Both the position numbers and the translations under genes were made by a program. A model generated the notes under the pieces. That model was not told where the DNA came from. It saw only the letters and a program-made list of their open reading frames with translations, and ran no database searches. This document shows, piece by piece, positions 18,128-26,753 of a stretch of 64,000 nucleotides of DNA (its first letter is position 1; the number at the start of each line of letters is the position of its first letter). The stretch comes from Myxococcota bacterium (GTDB lineage Bacteria > Myxococcota_A > UBA9042 > PHBI01 > JAWLBL01). The DNA is taken from contig JAWLBL010000007.1 in NCBI GenBank assembly GCA_041687695.1, positions 128,001 to 192,000 on the forward strand, in the 5' to 3' direction.

Positions 18128-20527
18128 ATGGCCGAACCCGAAGCCTCCTCGGCCGCCCCCGCGCGGCGTGGCCCCCTGCAGCTCGAGCTCCTCGAACCCG
18201 AGCGCCCCGAGGCGCGCACCGTCGAGGAGCTGCCGGACGTGATGGAGGTGCTCAACGCGCCCGCCCGCCGGCCGCCGCACCTCGACCGCGTCCTCTTTCG
18301 CCTCCACGGCCTGCTCGAGCCCAGCCAGGCGCGCCGCATCGAGCGCCGCCTGCTCGCGCTCTCCGGCGTCGTCGAGGCCCGCGTCAACGATCGCCTCGAC
18401 CGCCTCCACGTCAGCCTGATCGGCCGCAAGCACGAGCAGGGCTTCCTGGTCTCGCTCCTCGAAGGCTACGGCGTCATCGCCACGGTCCCTGGCGAGGAGC
18501 AGCGCCGCCTCGCCCTCGAGCGCGCCACCGAGCGCCGCGTCCTCGAGATCACCGCCCGGCGCACCCTGTGGCTGGCCCTGCCGGCGTTGGCGATGGGCCT
18601 GGTGCACGACTACGCGCTGGGTCTGAACCTGCAGCTGCGGGCCATCGCCCTGGACATCCAGGCCGTGCTGACGGTCGGCCTCGTCATGTGGGCCGCCTTG
18701 CCGTCCATCGGCCGCGCCATCCGCCGCGCGCTCGCGGGCCGCCCGACGGCCGATCTCCTGCCCATGGTCACCGGCCTGGGCCTGTTCGCCGCAAGCATCG
18801 TCATCTTCTTCACCGGCGGCCGCCCCCAGTTCAACGCCATCGTCCTGGCCATCGGCGGCGCCGTCTGGCTCGAGGCCATGGGCAGCCGCCTGCGCGACGC
18901 CGCCCGGACCCCGCTGCGCGCCCTGCGCGCCCGGCTGCCCGAAGAGGCGCAGGTCCTGCAGCCGGGCGGCCCGGCGACGGTCCTGGCCGACGACGTCACC
19001 GTGGGCGACGTGGTCATCGTGCGCGAGTCGATGATCGTGCCGGCCGACGGCGTGGCGCTGGCCGGCGAGGCGGTCCTCGACGGCGGGCGCGCCTTCGGGA
19101 CGGCCTCGCGCCTGCAGTGCATCGCGGGCGACAAGGTCTGGGCCGGCATGCGGGTCGAGAGCGGGGCGCTGGCCGTCCGCACCTCGCGCGAGGCGCGGGC
19201 CTCGTCGGTCGCCCGCATCTCGCAGCTGCTCGAAGAGGTCGGCCAGTCGCAGGCCTGGCTGGGCAGCCGCACGCGCCGCTTCGTCCGGGGCGTGTCGGTC
19301 CTGGCGATCATGGTGGCGGTCGCCATCCTGGTCGGCCGCTACATCGTCGACGGCACGATGGGCACCCTCACCCACGGCGCCATCCACGCGGCGCTCACGG
19401 CGCTGCTCGCGGCGGCCCCGCTGGCGGCGGCGCGTCTGTACGACCCGACGCTGCTGGCGACCATCGGCGTCGGGGTGGACCGCGGCATCCTGTTCCGCGA
19501 CACGCGCGCGGCCGAAGCGCTGGCCGAGGTGCGCGCCATGGTCTTCGACAAGACCGGCACGCTGACGGTCGGGCGGCCCGAGGTCGAGGGCTGGGTGCTC
19601 GCCGAGGACGCCGACCGGGCGCAGGTGCTGGGCCTGGTCCTGAGCCTCGAGGGCGAGGACGATCACCCGGTGGCGCGGGCCCTGGCCAGCTTCGCCAAGG
19701 TGGGGCTCGAGGACGTGAACCTGGCGCCCGAGCTGGGCAGCCGCGAGGCCCAGCCGGGGCGCGGCATCCTGGCCTACACGGCCGACGGCAACGAGGTGCG
19801 CCTGGGCAACCGTGAGCTGATGCTCGAGGCCGGCATCGCGCTCGAGGACGGCCCCTCGACCGTCACCGGCGACGCCGTGCGCGGCAACCCGGCCGTGGAC
19901 TCCGAGGACAGCACCCACACGGTGGTCTACCTGTCGGTCAACCGGCAGGTCCTGGCGCGCTTCCACCTGTACGACCCCGTGCGGTCGGGGGTGCGCAAGG
20001 ATCTCGAGCGCCTCGTCAAGATGGGCATCCGCCTGTCCGTCGTGACCGGCGACTCCGAGCGCTCGGCGCGCGCCGTGGCCGAGGTGGCGGGCATCGGCCA
20101 GGTGACGGGCGGGCTCAGCGGCGAGGAGATGCAGGGCTGGCTGCGCGCGCAGCGGCAGCGGGCGTCAGGGCGGGTGGCCCTGGTGGCCGACGGCTGGCAG
20201 GACGCCGAGTCGCGCAAGGCCGCGGACGTCAGCGTCTTGTTCGGCACCGGCATGGCGGTCGGCGCCCTGGAGGACGACGTCACCATCCTGCGCGCCGAGC
20301 TGACCAGCCTGGTCGAGGCCGTGCGCCTCGCCCGCCGCGCGCGCACGACGGCGCGGCGCGCGGGGCTGCTGCTGGGCCTGTACTCGGCCATCGTCTGGGC
20401 GGTGGCGAGCATGGATCTCTTCGAGATGGCCCTGGCGCCCTTCGCGGCCCTGTTGTTCTCGGCCATCGTGGGCCTGTACGGCCTCGACGAGGTCTACCGG
20501 CACGGGCGCGAGCCGGGAGGCGGCTGA
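18128..20527 (+). CDS. P1B-type (heavy-metal) ATPase homologue with degenerate motifs
   Basis: HMA-like N-terminus, VPADG, DKTGTLT, HP, TGD present; CPC, TGE and GDGxND are altered. Confidence 0.8.
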   Translation: MAEPEASSAAPARRGPLQLELLEPERPEARTVEELPDVMEVLNAPARRPPHLDRVLFRLHGLLEPSQARRIERRLLALSGVVEARVNDRLDRLHVSLIGRKHEQGFLVSLLEGYGVIATVPGEEQRRLALERATERRVLEITARRTLWLALPALAMGLVHDYALGLNLQLRAIALDIQAVLTVGLVMWAALPSIGRAIRRALAGRPTADLLPMVTGLGLFAASIVIFFTGGRPQFNAIVLAIGGAVWLEAMGSRLRDAARTPLRALRARLPEEAQVLQPGGPATVLADDVTVGDVVIVRESMIVPADGVALAGEAVLDGGRAFGTASRLQCIAGDKVWAGMRVESGALAVRTSREARASSVARISQLLEEVGQSQAWLGSRTRRFVRGVSVLAIMVAVAILVGRYIVDGTMGTLTHGAIHAALTALLAAAPLAAARLYDPTLLATIGVGVDRGILFRDTRAAEALAEVRAMVFDKTGTLTVGRPEVEGWVLAEDADRAQVLGLVLSLEGEDDHPVARALASFAKVGLEDVNLAPELGSREAQPGRGILAYTADGNEVRLGNRELMLEAGIALEDGPSTVTGDAVRGNPAVDSEDSTHTVVYLSVNRQVLARFHLYDPVRSGVRKDLERLVKMGIRLSVVTGDSERSARAVAEVAGIGQVTGGLSGEEMQGWLRAQRQRASGRVALVADGWQDAESRKAADVSVLFGTGMAVGALEDDVTILRAELTSLVEAVRLARRARTTARRAGLLLGLYSAIVWAVASMDLFEMALAPFAALLFSAIVGLYGLDEVYRHGREPGGG

Positions 20528-20558
20528 GGCCGCCGGGAGGCGCCTCGCCGCGGGCGCC

Positions 20559-20615
20559 CAGGGCTGCTCGCGGCGCCTTGGGCTGCTCGCAGCGCCTAGG
20601 GCTGCTCGCAGCGGT
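20559..20615. repeat. Three tandem copies of a 19-bp unit spanning the 3' end of the small lipoprotein gene
   Basis: CAGGGCTGCTCGCGGCGCC / TTGGGCTGCTCGCAGCGCC / TAGGGCTGCTCGCAGCGGT. Confidence 0.8.
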
Positions 20616-20832
20616 TGTCGCTGCACACCTGACCGCTCTCGCAGTCGGCGTCCTCCTTGCACGACAGCGCCTCGCACTGGCCGGTCGTCACACGGCAGAC
20701 CTGGGCGGCCGGGCAGTCGAAGTCGTTCGCGCAGCCGGACTCGGAGTCGCAGCCGACGCCGAGGAGGGAGGCGAGCACGAGGGCGAAGGCGGCCAGACCG
20801 ACGGCCCGGTGGGAGACGAGCGGGAGGCGCAT
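20596..20832 (-). CDS. Small Cys-rich lipoprotein (two CxxDxDC-type modules)
   Basis: Lipobox GVGC; CANDFDCPAAQVC...C and CKEDADCESGQVC...C. Confidence 0.8.
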   Translation of the reverse strand: MRLPLVSHRAVGLAAFALVLASLLGVGCDSESGCANDFDCPAAQVCRVTTGQCEALSCKEDADCESGQVCSDNRCEQP

Positions 20833-20867
20833 GGCAGGTCCGTGTTCCGTGCTGGGTGCGATTCGGG

Positions 20868-20909
20868 CTTCGAAACGACGAAGCCACAGGCAGGGCCTGT
20901 GGCTTCGTC
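20868..20909 (-). terminator. Intrinsic terminator downstream of tRNA-Ala
   Basis: 14-bp perfect stem GACGAAGCCACAGG/CCTGTGGCTTCGTC, then GTTTCGAAG on the minus strand. Confidence 0.75.
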
Positions 20910-20921
20910 CTCAACTGCGGG

Positions 20922-20997
20922 TGGTGGAGCCGATCGGGGTCGAACCGACGACCTCATGAATGCCATTCATGCGCTCTACCAACTGAGCTACGGCCCC
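20922..20997 (-). tRNA. tRNA-Ala (GGC)
   Basis: Reverse complement reads GGGGCCGTAGCTCAGTTGGTAGAGCGCATGAATGGCATTCATGAGGTCGTCGGTTCGACCCCGATCGGCTCCACCA; cloverleaf, GGC anticodon, G3:U70 pair, encoded CCA. Confidence 0.97.
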
Positions 20998-21074
20998 TCA
21001 GCGAGGTGGGCGCTAGGTAACACCGGCTTCGGCGACAGGCAAGAGGTTTTGTCGTCAAAAAGTGCAGGGCCGGG

Positions 21075-23132
21075 TCAGGGGGCGCCGCCGGCGAGGGCGG
21101 CGGCGCAGTCGCCCTGCACACCCGCGCGCGCGATGCGGCACAGCTGGTCGTCGACCGACGGGCCGTAGCAGGTCCGCGCGGCGAGGTCGTCGCAGGGGTC
21201 GTAGGCAGGCACCGCCTCGACCGCGCCCTGGTCCCAGTCGGCCCGGCCCAGCATCGTCCAGAAGCTGAGGCTGGGCAGGATGAACAGCAGGTTCGAGCCG
21301 CCGTCCCCCGCGAGGGCGTACGCGCGCGCCTTGCGCGCCCAGGGGGTGCCCGGGAAGCGCTCGGAGACGTCGAGCAGGCGCTCGTTCGAGGTCCGGACCA
21401 GGCCCTGGTAGCGGGCCCGCAGCCCCTCGGTGAAGGCCTGGTCGGCGGCGGCGTTCCAGCCCGGCGCGTCCGCGGTCGGCAGGGCCCGCACCTGGCTGCG
21501 CAGGCGGACGATCCGGCCCTCGATCTCGACGAGGGACTGGGCGTCGACCGAGCGGTCGTACAGGGCCTGGAAGGCCTCGATGGAGCGCACCACGCGCCCC
21601 GTCGGGTTCGCCTGCTCGGCGGGCATCAGGTAGCGGACGATGGGCAGGATCTGGCGCGCCAGGTTGAGCGGCTCGCGGTAGACCTGGTGCGTCGCCAGCG
21701 GGACCCCGTCGGCGAACGCCTTGTCCGCCAGGACCCCCTCGCCGGCCCAGGCGGCGCCGGGCCGCTTGGCGATGGTCGCCTCGATGGCCTGCGGCGTCAG
21801 CCCGAAGACGAGGCCCCCCTCGCGGGTGCCCCACCAGAAGACGAACTCGTCGCGGACGTTCTGGCGCTTGGGGTCTCCGTCCCAGACCCGCGTGCGGTAC
21901 AGCCGCTGGTCGCCGCTCTGGCTCCACTCGGTCTTCAGGTTGCCGCGGGATCCCAGGTTCTTGCCGGCCAGATCCAGCAGCTTGGTCACGGTCGTCGCCG
22001 CACGCGCCGAGTCGACGACGCCCAGCACCGCGACGAAGTCGGCCAGCCCCTCCTGCGCGGCGAAGAGCACGTCGCCCGTGAGCTGGTCCACCAGGTCGGC
22101 GCGCAGCGCGACGCCGGTCTCCTTCTTGAAGTTGGCCTCGATCTCGCCCAGCCCGCCGCCCAGGAAGCCCTCGGCCAGCGCCCAGATCGCCTGCACGTCC
22201 AGGCCGTAGCGCAGCCACCCGCTGGTCTGCGCGTCCACCAGGCCGGCCATGGCCGCCCGCGCCTTGGCGCCCGCCGGGCCCGGCCGCGCGACGCCCAGGA
22301 ACTCGGCCACGTCGGCCGCCACCTCGGCCTCGCCCCACACGTCCAGCCCCTCGGGGCCCCAGTGCCCGGTGAAGGCCAGCCGGTCGACCGACGCGAACCA
22401 CGGCTCCGGCCGCCGCACCATGCGCGCCGTCCGCGACGGCTCCATCGCGAAGAGGAAGCCGACCTGATTGGCCGTCGTGCGCAGCCGCTCGGTCACCTGG
22501 AACTCACGCCCGCCGTCGAGGCGCATCGCGGCGAGCGCCTCGGGCCGATCGGCCAGCACCGCGACGCCGCCCTTGTGGCGCAGCTCGATGCGGCTCCACT
22601 CGTCGAGCGCGATGGAGATCTGCTGGGCGCCGTCGGCCCCCTTCGACCGGTTGACCTTGGCCTTCTTCGGCTTTTCACCGGGTTCGACCCACTGGTCCTT
22701 CTCGAGCAGGTGCGTCAGGACCTTCACGAAGGTGTCGAGGTCGGCCACGTCGACGGCCATGACCTCGCGCTCTCGCTCGCCCGCCGGCACCACGTAGAAG
22801 GCGAAGGCGCCCTCGGGGTTGAGGCCCATCGCCCGGATGACGCTGGCGGGGGCGGGCCCGCGGCGCCGGCCCGGCGTGACCGCGTCCAGGACGAAGGCGC
22901 GCAGCTCGCCCAGGCCGGGGTCCTCGAGGCCCACCGACTTCAGGTAGGCCTGCAGCCGCGTCGCCTGCTGCTCGAGGCCTCCCAGCGGCCGCATGGCCAT
23001 CAGGAGGTGCGTCTCGTCGGGGCCGACGGTCAGGGCCGTCGGGGCGGCGGCCGCCGGGACGACGAGGGCCGCGCACAGGGCCAGCCCGGCCGCGGCGCGC
23101 AGGGTCGAGGTCATCAGGCGTGCGAGCGTCAT
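21075..23132 (-). CDS. Large exported hypothetical protein
   Basis: Signal peptide ending VVPAAAA; start overlaps the cupin stop; C-terminal four-Cys segment. Confidence 0.75.
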   Translation of the reverse strand: MTLARLMTSTLRAAAGLALCAALVVPAAAAPTALTVGPDETHLLMAMRPLGGLEQQATRLQAYLKSVGLEDPGLGELRAFVLDAVTPGRRRGPAPASVIRAMGLNPEGAFAFYVVPAGEREREVMAVDVADLDTFVKVLTHLLEKDQWVEPGEKPKKAKVNRSKGADGAQQISIALDEWSRIELRHKGGVAVLADRPEALAAMRLDGGREFQVTERLRTTANQVGFLFAMEPSRTARMVRRPEPWFASVDRLAFTGHWGPEGLDVWGEAEVAADVAEFLGVARPGPAGAKARAAMAGLVDAQTSGWLRYGLDVQAIWALAEGFLGGGLGEIEANFKKETGVALRADLVDQLTGDVLFAAQEGLADFVAVLGVVDSARAATTVTKLLDLAGKNLGSRGNLKTEWSQSGDQRLYRTRVWDGDPKRQNVRDEFVFWWGTREGGLVFGLTPQAIEATIAKRPGAAWAGEGVLADKAFADGVPLATHQVYREPLNLARQILPIVRYLMPAEQANPTGRVVRSIEAFQALYDRSVDAQSLVEIEGRIVRLRSQVRALPTADAPGWNAAADQAFTEGLRARYQGLVRTSNERLLDVSERFPGTPWARKARAYALAGDGGSNLLFILPSLSFWTMLGRADWDQGAVEAVPAYDPCDDLAARTCYGPSVDDQLCRIARAGVQGDCAAALAGGAP

Positions 23133-23503
23133 GGGGTCTCCAGCTCGGTCGAGGGCCGCGCGCCCGACGGCGGCGGCGACCAGGTCAGCAGCGCCACGAG
23201 CGGCGCCGCCCCCTCGTTGTGGACCTCGAGGGCGGCGCCGGGCTCGACGACCAGCAGGTGGCCGGAGCCGAGGGACTGGCGCCAGCCGTCGACCAGGAAG
23301 GTCGCCATCCCGTCGAGCACGAGGACGCTGCGCTCCTCGCGGTCGGCTTCGGGCGCCGTCCAGCGCTGCAGCGGCGCGACGCGCAGGAGGGACCACGCCG
23401 AGTGGGCGGTCCGTTCGACGGGGGTGAGGCCCGTGGCGGGGGACTCGTCGCCGGGGTGGTCGGCGAGGTGACCCACGTCGACGACGGTCATCGGCTTGGG
23501 CAT
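23129..23503 (-). CDS. Cupin domain protein
   Basis: EERSVLVLDGMATFLVDG...LGSGHLLVVEPG...VHNEG cupin pattern; canonical metal His residues not evident. Confidence 0.7.
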   Translation of the reverse strand: MPKPMTVVDVGHLADHPGDESPATGLTPVERTAHSAWSLLRVAPLQRWTAPEADREERSVLVLDGMATFLVDGWRQSLGSGHLLVVEPGAALEVHNEGAAPLVALLTWSPPPSGARPSTELETP

Positions 23504-23597
23504 GCGGGGCTCCGATGTCAGGGGCGCGGGCATGGTGTGTCGCCGGGGCCGGGGCGTCAAGCGCTTCGCCAGGCGCGCCGCGGCCTCCCGCGATCGG

Positions 23598-24671
23598 TCA
23601 CTCGGGCCCGGCGTCCAGCGGACCGCAGGCCAGGGCCAGCAGGACCGTCGCGTAGCTGCCGGGCGGCAGCGTGAACCGGACGACGACCCCCTCGTCGTCG
23701 CGCGCCCAGGTCAGCTCGCCGGGCCAGACCACCGCCGGGCGCCGCGTGCCCTCGGCCACCTTCTTGACCGGCTCGAAGCTGGCCGTCGTCAGGCCCGCCT
23801 CGTCCAGGACGGCCGCCTCGCGCGTGCCCGCCTCGTCCTCGGCTCGCCGCATCTTCGTCCCGAACACCGGGCCCGTGACGACCAGCTCGCCCTGGGCGAG
23901 GCGCTCGCCGTCCACCGCGGCCTCGCGGCTGACGAAGACGCCGCCCAGCCGCCCGTCGGGGCTGCGCTTTTGCAGGACGTCACCGGCCAGCACGCGGTCG
24001 AGCAGCCCGTCGGCGACGCGCCGCGACAGCCAGTGGTTGAAGAGCGCGGCCTGGACGGCCGAGACGCCCAGGCGCAGCAGGCGCCGATCGTGGATGCGGC
24101 GGCCGGCCATCGCGTCGAGGCCCGCGGCGACCGTCTGGCCATCCGAGAAGCGCTGGGGCCCGAAGGTGTTGGCGAAGCCGCGCGCCGCCAGATCCTCCAG
24201 CGCCAGGCCGAGGGCCGCGTCGTCCGCCGGGTCGCGGCCGCGCAGGCGCACGGCGAAGCGGTTGCCGGCGAGGTGGCCGGTCCGCAGCTTGTTGTTGTGG
24301 CGCTCGACCGCCAGCAGGCGGATGCGGCCGGTCGCGCCGACGGGGCCCTCGACGGCCTCGGGGGTGACGCCGCGGGCCGGCACGCTGAGGCGCTGGCGCG
24401 TGATGGCGCGGCGGTCCTTCATGCCGGCCATCCCGACGTCGCCCGGGCCGACGCGCAGGCGGCGGGCCACCTCGCGGGCCAGCATCGGGCCGGAGACGTC
24501 CTCGCACTCGACCGTCAGGTAGAAGAAGTCGCCCTCGCCGGACGCGGGGTAGGCGGGCAGCTCCTCGACGACGAAGTCGGCGGGGACGTGCTTGAGCCGG
24601 CCGCCGCCCAGGCCGGGCGGGGCGTCGGAGCGGGGGACGACGAGGGGCGGCAGGGCGGTGAGGTCGATCAT
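23598..24671 (-). CDS. truD: tRNA pseudouridine(13) synthase TruD
   Basis: DFVVEE, AGMKDRRAITRQ, GNRF, NTFGPQRF, FTLPPGSYAT. Confidence 0.93.
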   Translation of the reverse strand: MIDLTALPPLVVPRSDAPPGLGGGRLKHVPADFVVEELPAYPASGEGDFFYLTVECEDVSGPMLAREVARRLRVGPGDVGMAGMKDRRAITRQRLSVPARGVTPEAVEGPVGATGRIRLLAVERHNNKLRTGHLAGNRFAVRLRGRDPADDAALGLALEDLAARGFANTFGPQRFSDGQTVAAGLDAMAGRRIHDRRLLRLGVSAVQAALFNHWLSRRVADGLLDRVLAGDVLQKRSPDGRLGGVFVSREAAVDGERLAQGELVVTGPVFGTKMRRAEDEAGTREAAVLDEAGLTTASFEPVKKVAEGTRRPAVVWPGELTWARDDEGVVVRFTLPPGSYATVLLALACGPLDAGPE

Positions 24672-24720
24672 GGCGCGGGACCCTACGCCAGGCGGGGGGC
24701 TTGTGCTACGGTCCCGCGTC

Positions 24721-25101
24721 GTGAGCCGCCGAATCGTCACCCTGGCCCTGCTCCTGGTGGGGGTCGCCGCCTGCGCGGGCGTCCTGCGGACCGCCGCCGA
24801 CGAGCCCACGGGCGAGCCCCCGCCGCGCACGCCGCGCCGCAGCCCGCCGGCGGTCACGCCGCCGCCCGAGGCGCCCGAGCCCGGCCCGGCCGACGCGCTG
24901 GCCGAGCGCTGCGGCCAGACCTGCCGCCACATCCTGTCCGTCACGGCCGGCGAGGTGGGCACCGAGGCCGCGGCCTTGGGCGACGAGCCGTGGCTCGAGA
25001 CCTGCGTCGAGCAATGCGCGCGCCACGCCTCGCTCGGCCAGGTCGAGTGCTACGAGCGCGTCACCCGGCCCGAGGAGCTCGAGGCCTGCACGGTGCGCTG
25101 A
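24721..25101 (+). CDS. Small exported (probably lipo)protein with Cys-rich helical C-domain
   Basis: GTG start; VAAC lipobox-like; Pro linker; CGQTCRH...CVEQC...C...C. Confidence 0.65.
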   Translation: MSRRIVTLALLLVGVAACAGVLRTAADEPTGEPPPRTPRRSPPAVTPPPEAPEPGPADALAERCGQTCRHILSVTAGEVGTEAAALGDEPWLETCVEQCARHASLGQVECYERVTRPEELEACTVR

Positions 25102-25108
25102 CGATCGG

Positions 25109-26011
25109 TCAGCCGCGCACGCGCAGCTCGTCCCACAGCGCCTGGCCGTCCCAGCTCGACAGCTGGCGGCGCGAGCGGACGCGGGGCGAGCCGTCCGCCT
25201 CGAAGTCGATGACCTCGAGCGTCCAGTCCGCGTCGGTGTCCGGGTCGTGGATGATGGCCAGCGCGTGGCGGTCCTCGGCGCTGGGGTTGCGCAGGACGCG
25301 GCCGGCGGCCTCGAAGTCGCCGCGCTCCATGGACTGCAGCGCGGCCAGCAGCGTGTCCGTGTCGGTGCGGGCGATGACCTCACGGACCTGGCGGCCGGGG
25401 CGGGCCGGCGGCGGCTCGGGCGGCAGATCCAGCGGCCGGCTGCGCAGCAGGGTGAAGAAGACGGTGGCCCCGGCGGCGGCCACGGCGTCGACGGCCAGCA
25501 GGGCAAGGGTGACGCCGAGGCCCGGCTCCTGCCGGCCGACGAAGCCCAGCGGCGACAGCTCAGCGCCCATCCCCTCGGAGACGAAGGCGAAGTAGGCGAG
25601 GAGCCCCTGGTGCCCGGTCTGGCCCTCGAGGAACGCCTGCAGCTCGCGATCGGGGCGGGCGACGGCGCGCTCGAGCAGGCCCGGCAGGTTGTCGGCCAAA
25701 AAGCCCGTGATCTGCACGTACACGAGCAGCTGGTACATCCCGAAGGCGAGCAGCCCGCCGAAGGCCGCCGCGCAGATGGCCGGCAGGCGCGGGCGCACGT
25801 CGAAGTGCATGCGGACGCCGGCGATGGGCAGGCCGACCGCGAAGCCGATGACGAAGGGGGTCACGAGCGGGACGTAGATCGCCTGCAGGCGGGTGAAGGC
25901 CAGGCCCATCAGGGCGCCGAGCAGCAGCGCCACCAGCAGCATGACCGCCGCGCCGCGCGCGAAGCGCACCAGCTCGGGCCCGTCCTCGTGGGCGGCTACC
26001 GGGGCGCCCAC
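25109..26011 (-). CDS. Hypothetical membrane protein
   Basis: About four TM segments plus a soluble C-terminal domain; start overlaps the adenosyltransferase 3' end. Confidence 0.7.
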   Translation of the reverse strand: MGAPVAAHEDGPELVRFARGAAVMLLVALLLGALMGLAFTRLQAIYVPLVTPFVIGFAVGLPIAGVRMHFDVRPRLPAICAAAFGGLLAFGMYQLLVYVQITGFLADNLPGLLERAVARPDRELQAFLEGQTGHQGLLAYFAFVSEGMGAELSPLGFVGRQEPGLGVTLALLAVDAVAAAGATVFFTLLRSRPLDLPPEPPPARPGRQVREVIARTDTDTLLAALQSMERGDFEAAGRVLRNPSAEDRHALAIIHDPDTDADWTLEVIDFEADGSPRVRSRRQLSSWDGQALWDELRVRG

Positions 26012-26577
26012 AGGATCTCCGACTCGCCGGCCTTGAGGCCGACCCAGCGCGACAGGACGAAGAAGGCGTCCGAGAGCCGGTTCAGGTAGGGGATGACCTG
26101 GTCGCCGATGGGCTCCTCGGCCGCGAGCGACAGGGTGCGGCGCTCGGCGCGGCGGCAGACGGTGCGCGCGTGGTGCAAGAGCGCGCTGACCGGGCCGCCG
26201 CCGGGAAGGACGAAGCTCTTGAGGGGCTCGAGCTCTTCGTTCATCTCGTCCATCAGCCGCTCGAGCGCGGTGACGTCCTCGGCCGACACGAGCGGCATGC
26301 CCTCCCAGCGGTCCTCGGCGCGGGTGGCGAGATCGCTGCCGAGGTCGAATAGGTTCTGCTGCGTGTCGTGGAGCCAGCGCTCGAGCCGCTCGCGTTCGCC
26401 CGTCAGGGAGGGGGCCTCGCGCACGGCCACCCGGACCAGGCCGACGATGGCGTTGAGCTCGTCGACGGTGCCGTAGGCCTCGATGCGGGCGCTGTCCTTG
26501 GCGACCTGCTGGCCGCCCACGAGGCGGGTCTGGCCGGCGTCGCCGGTGCGCGTGTAGATCTTGGTGAGTCGGACCAC
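25996..26577 (-). CDS. pduO: PduO-type cob(I)alamin adenosyltransferase
   Basis: KIYTRTGDAGQT, YGTVDELN, FVLPGG, RTVCRRAER, YLNRLSD; AGGAGG RBS before the GTG. Confidence 0.93.
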   Translation of the reverse strand: MVRLTKIYTRTGDAGQTRLVGGQQVAKDSARIEAYGTVDELNAIVGLVRVAVREAPSLTGERERLERWLHDTQQNLFDLGSDLATRAEDRWEGMPLVSAEDVTALERLMDEMNEELEPLKSFVLPGGGPVSALLHHARTVCRRAERRTLSLAAEEPIGDQVIPYLNRLSDAFFVLSRWVGLKAGESEILWAPR

Positions 26578-26753
26578 GGAGCCTCCTGACCGGGCGGATC
26601 TAACCCAGGCGCCCGCGCCTGTCAGCCTCGGGCCATGCTTCGCGAGGCGGCCTGGGGTCGAAGTGAGCGCTCGAGATCGGTTCGGCTGGCGCGTCGCTTG
26701 TTGCGACCGGGCCCATCGATCAGAATGCGCGCCGGCCGAAGGAGGCAAAGGTG

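Noticed and set aside
20922..20997. tRNA-Ala as an integration site for an island
   Set aside because: No integrase, no duplicated tRNA 3' end and no compositional break seen nearby.
17095..26577. queG and pduO as a cobalamin-linked module
   Set aside because: They are about 8 kb apart on opposite strands, and QueG is not an adenosylcobalamin enzyme.
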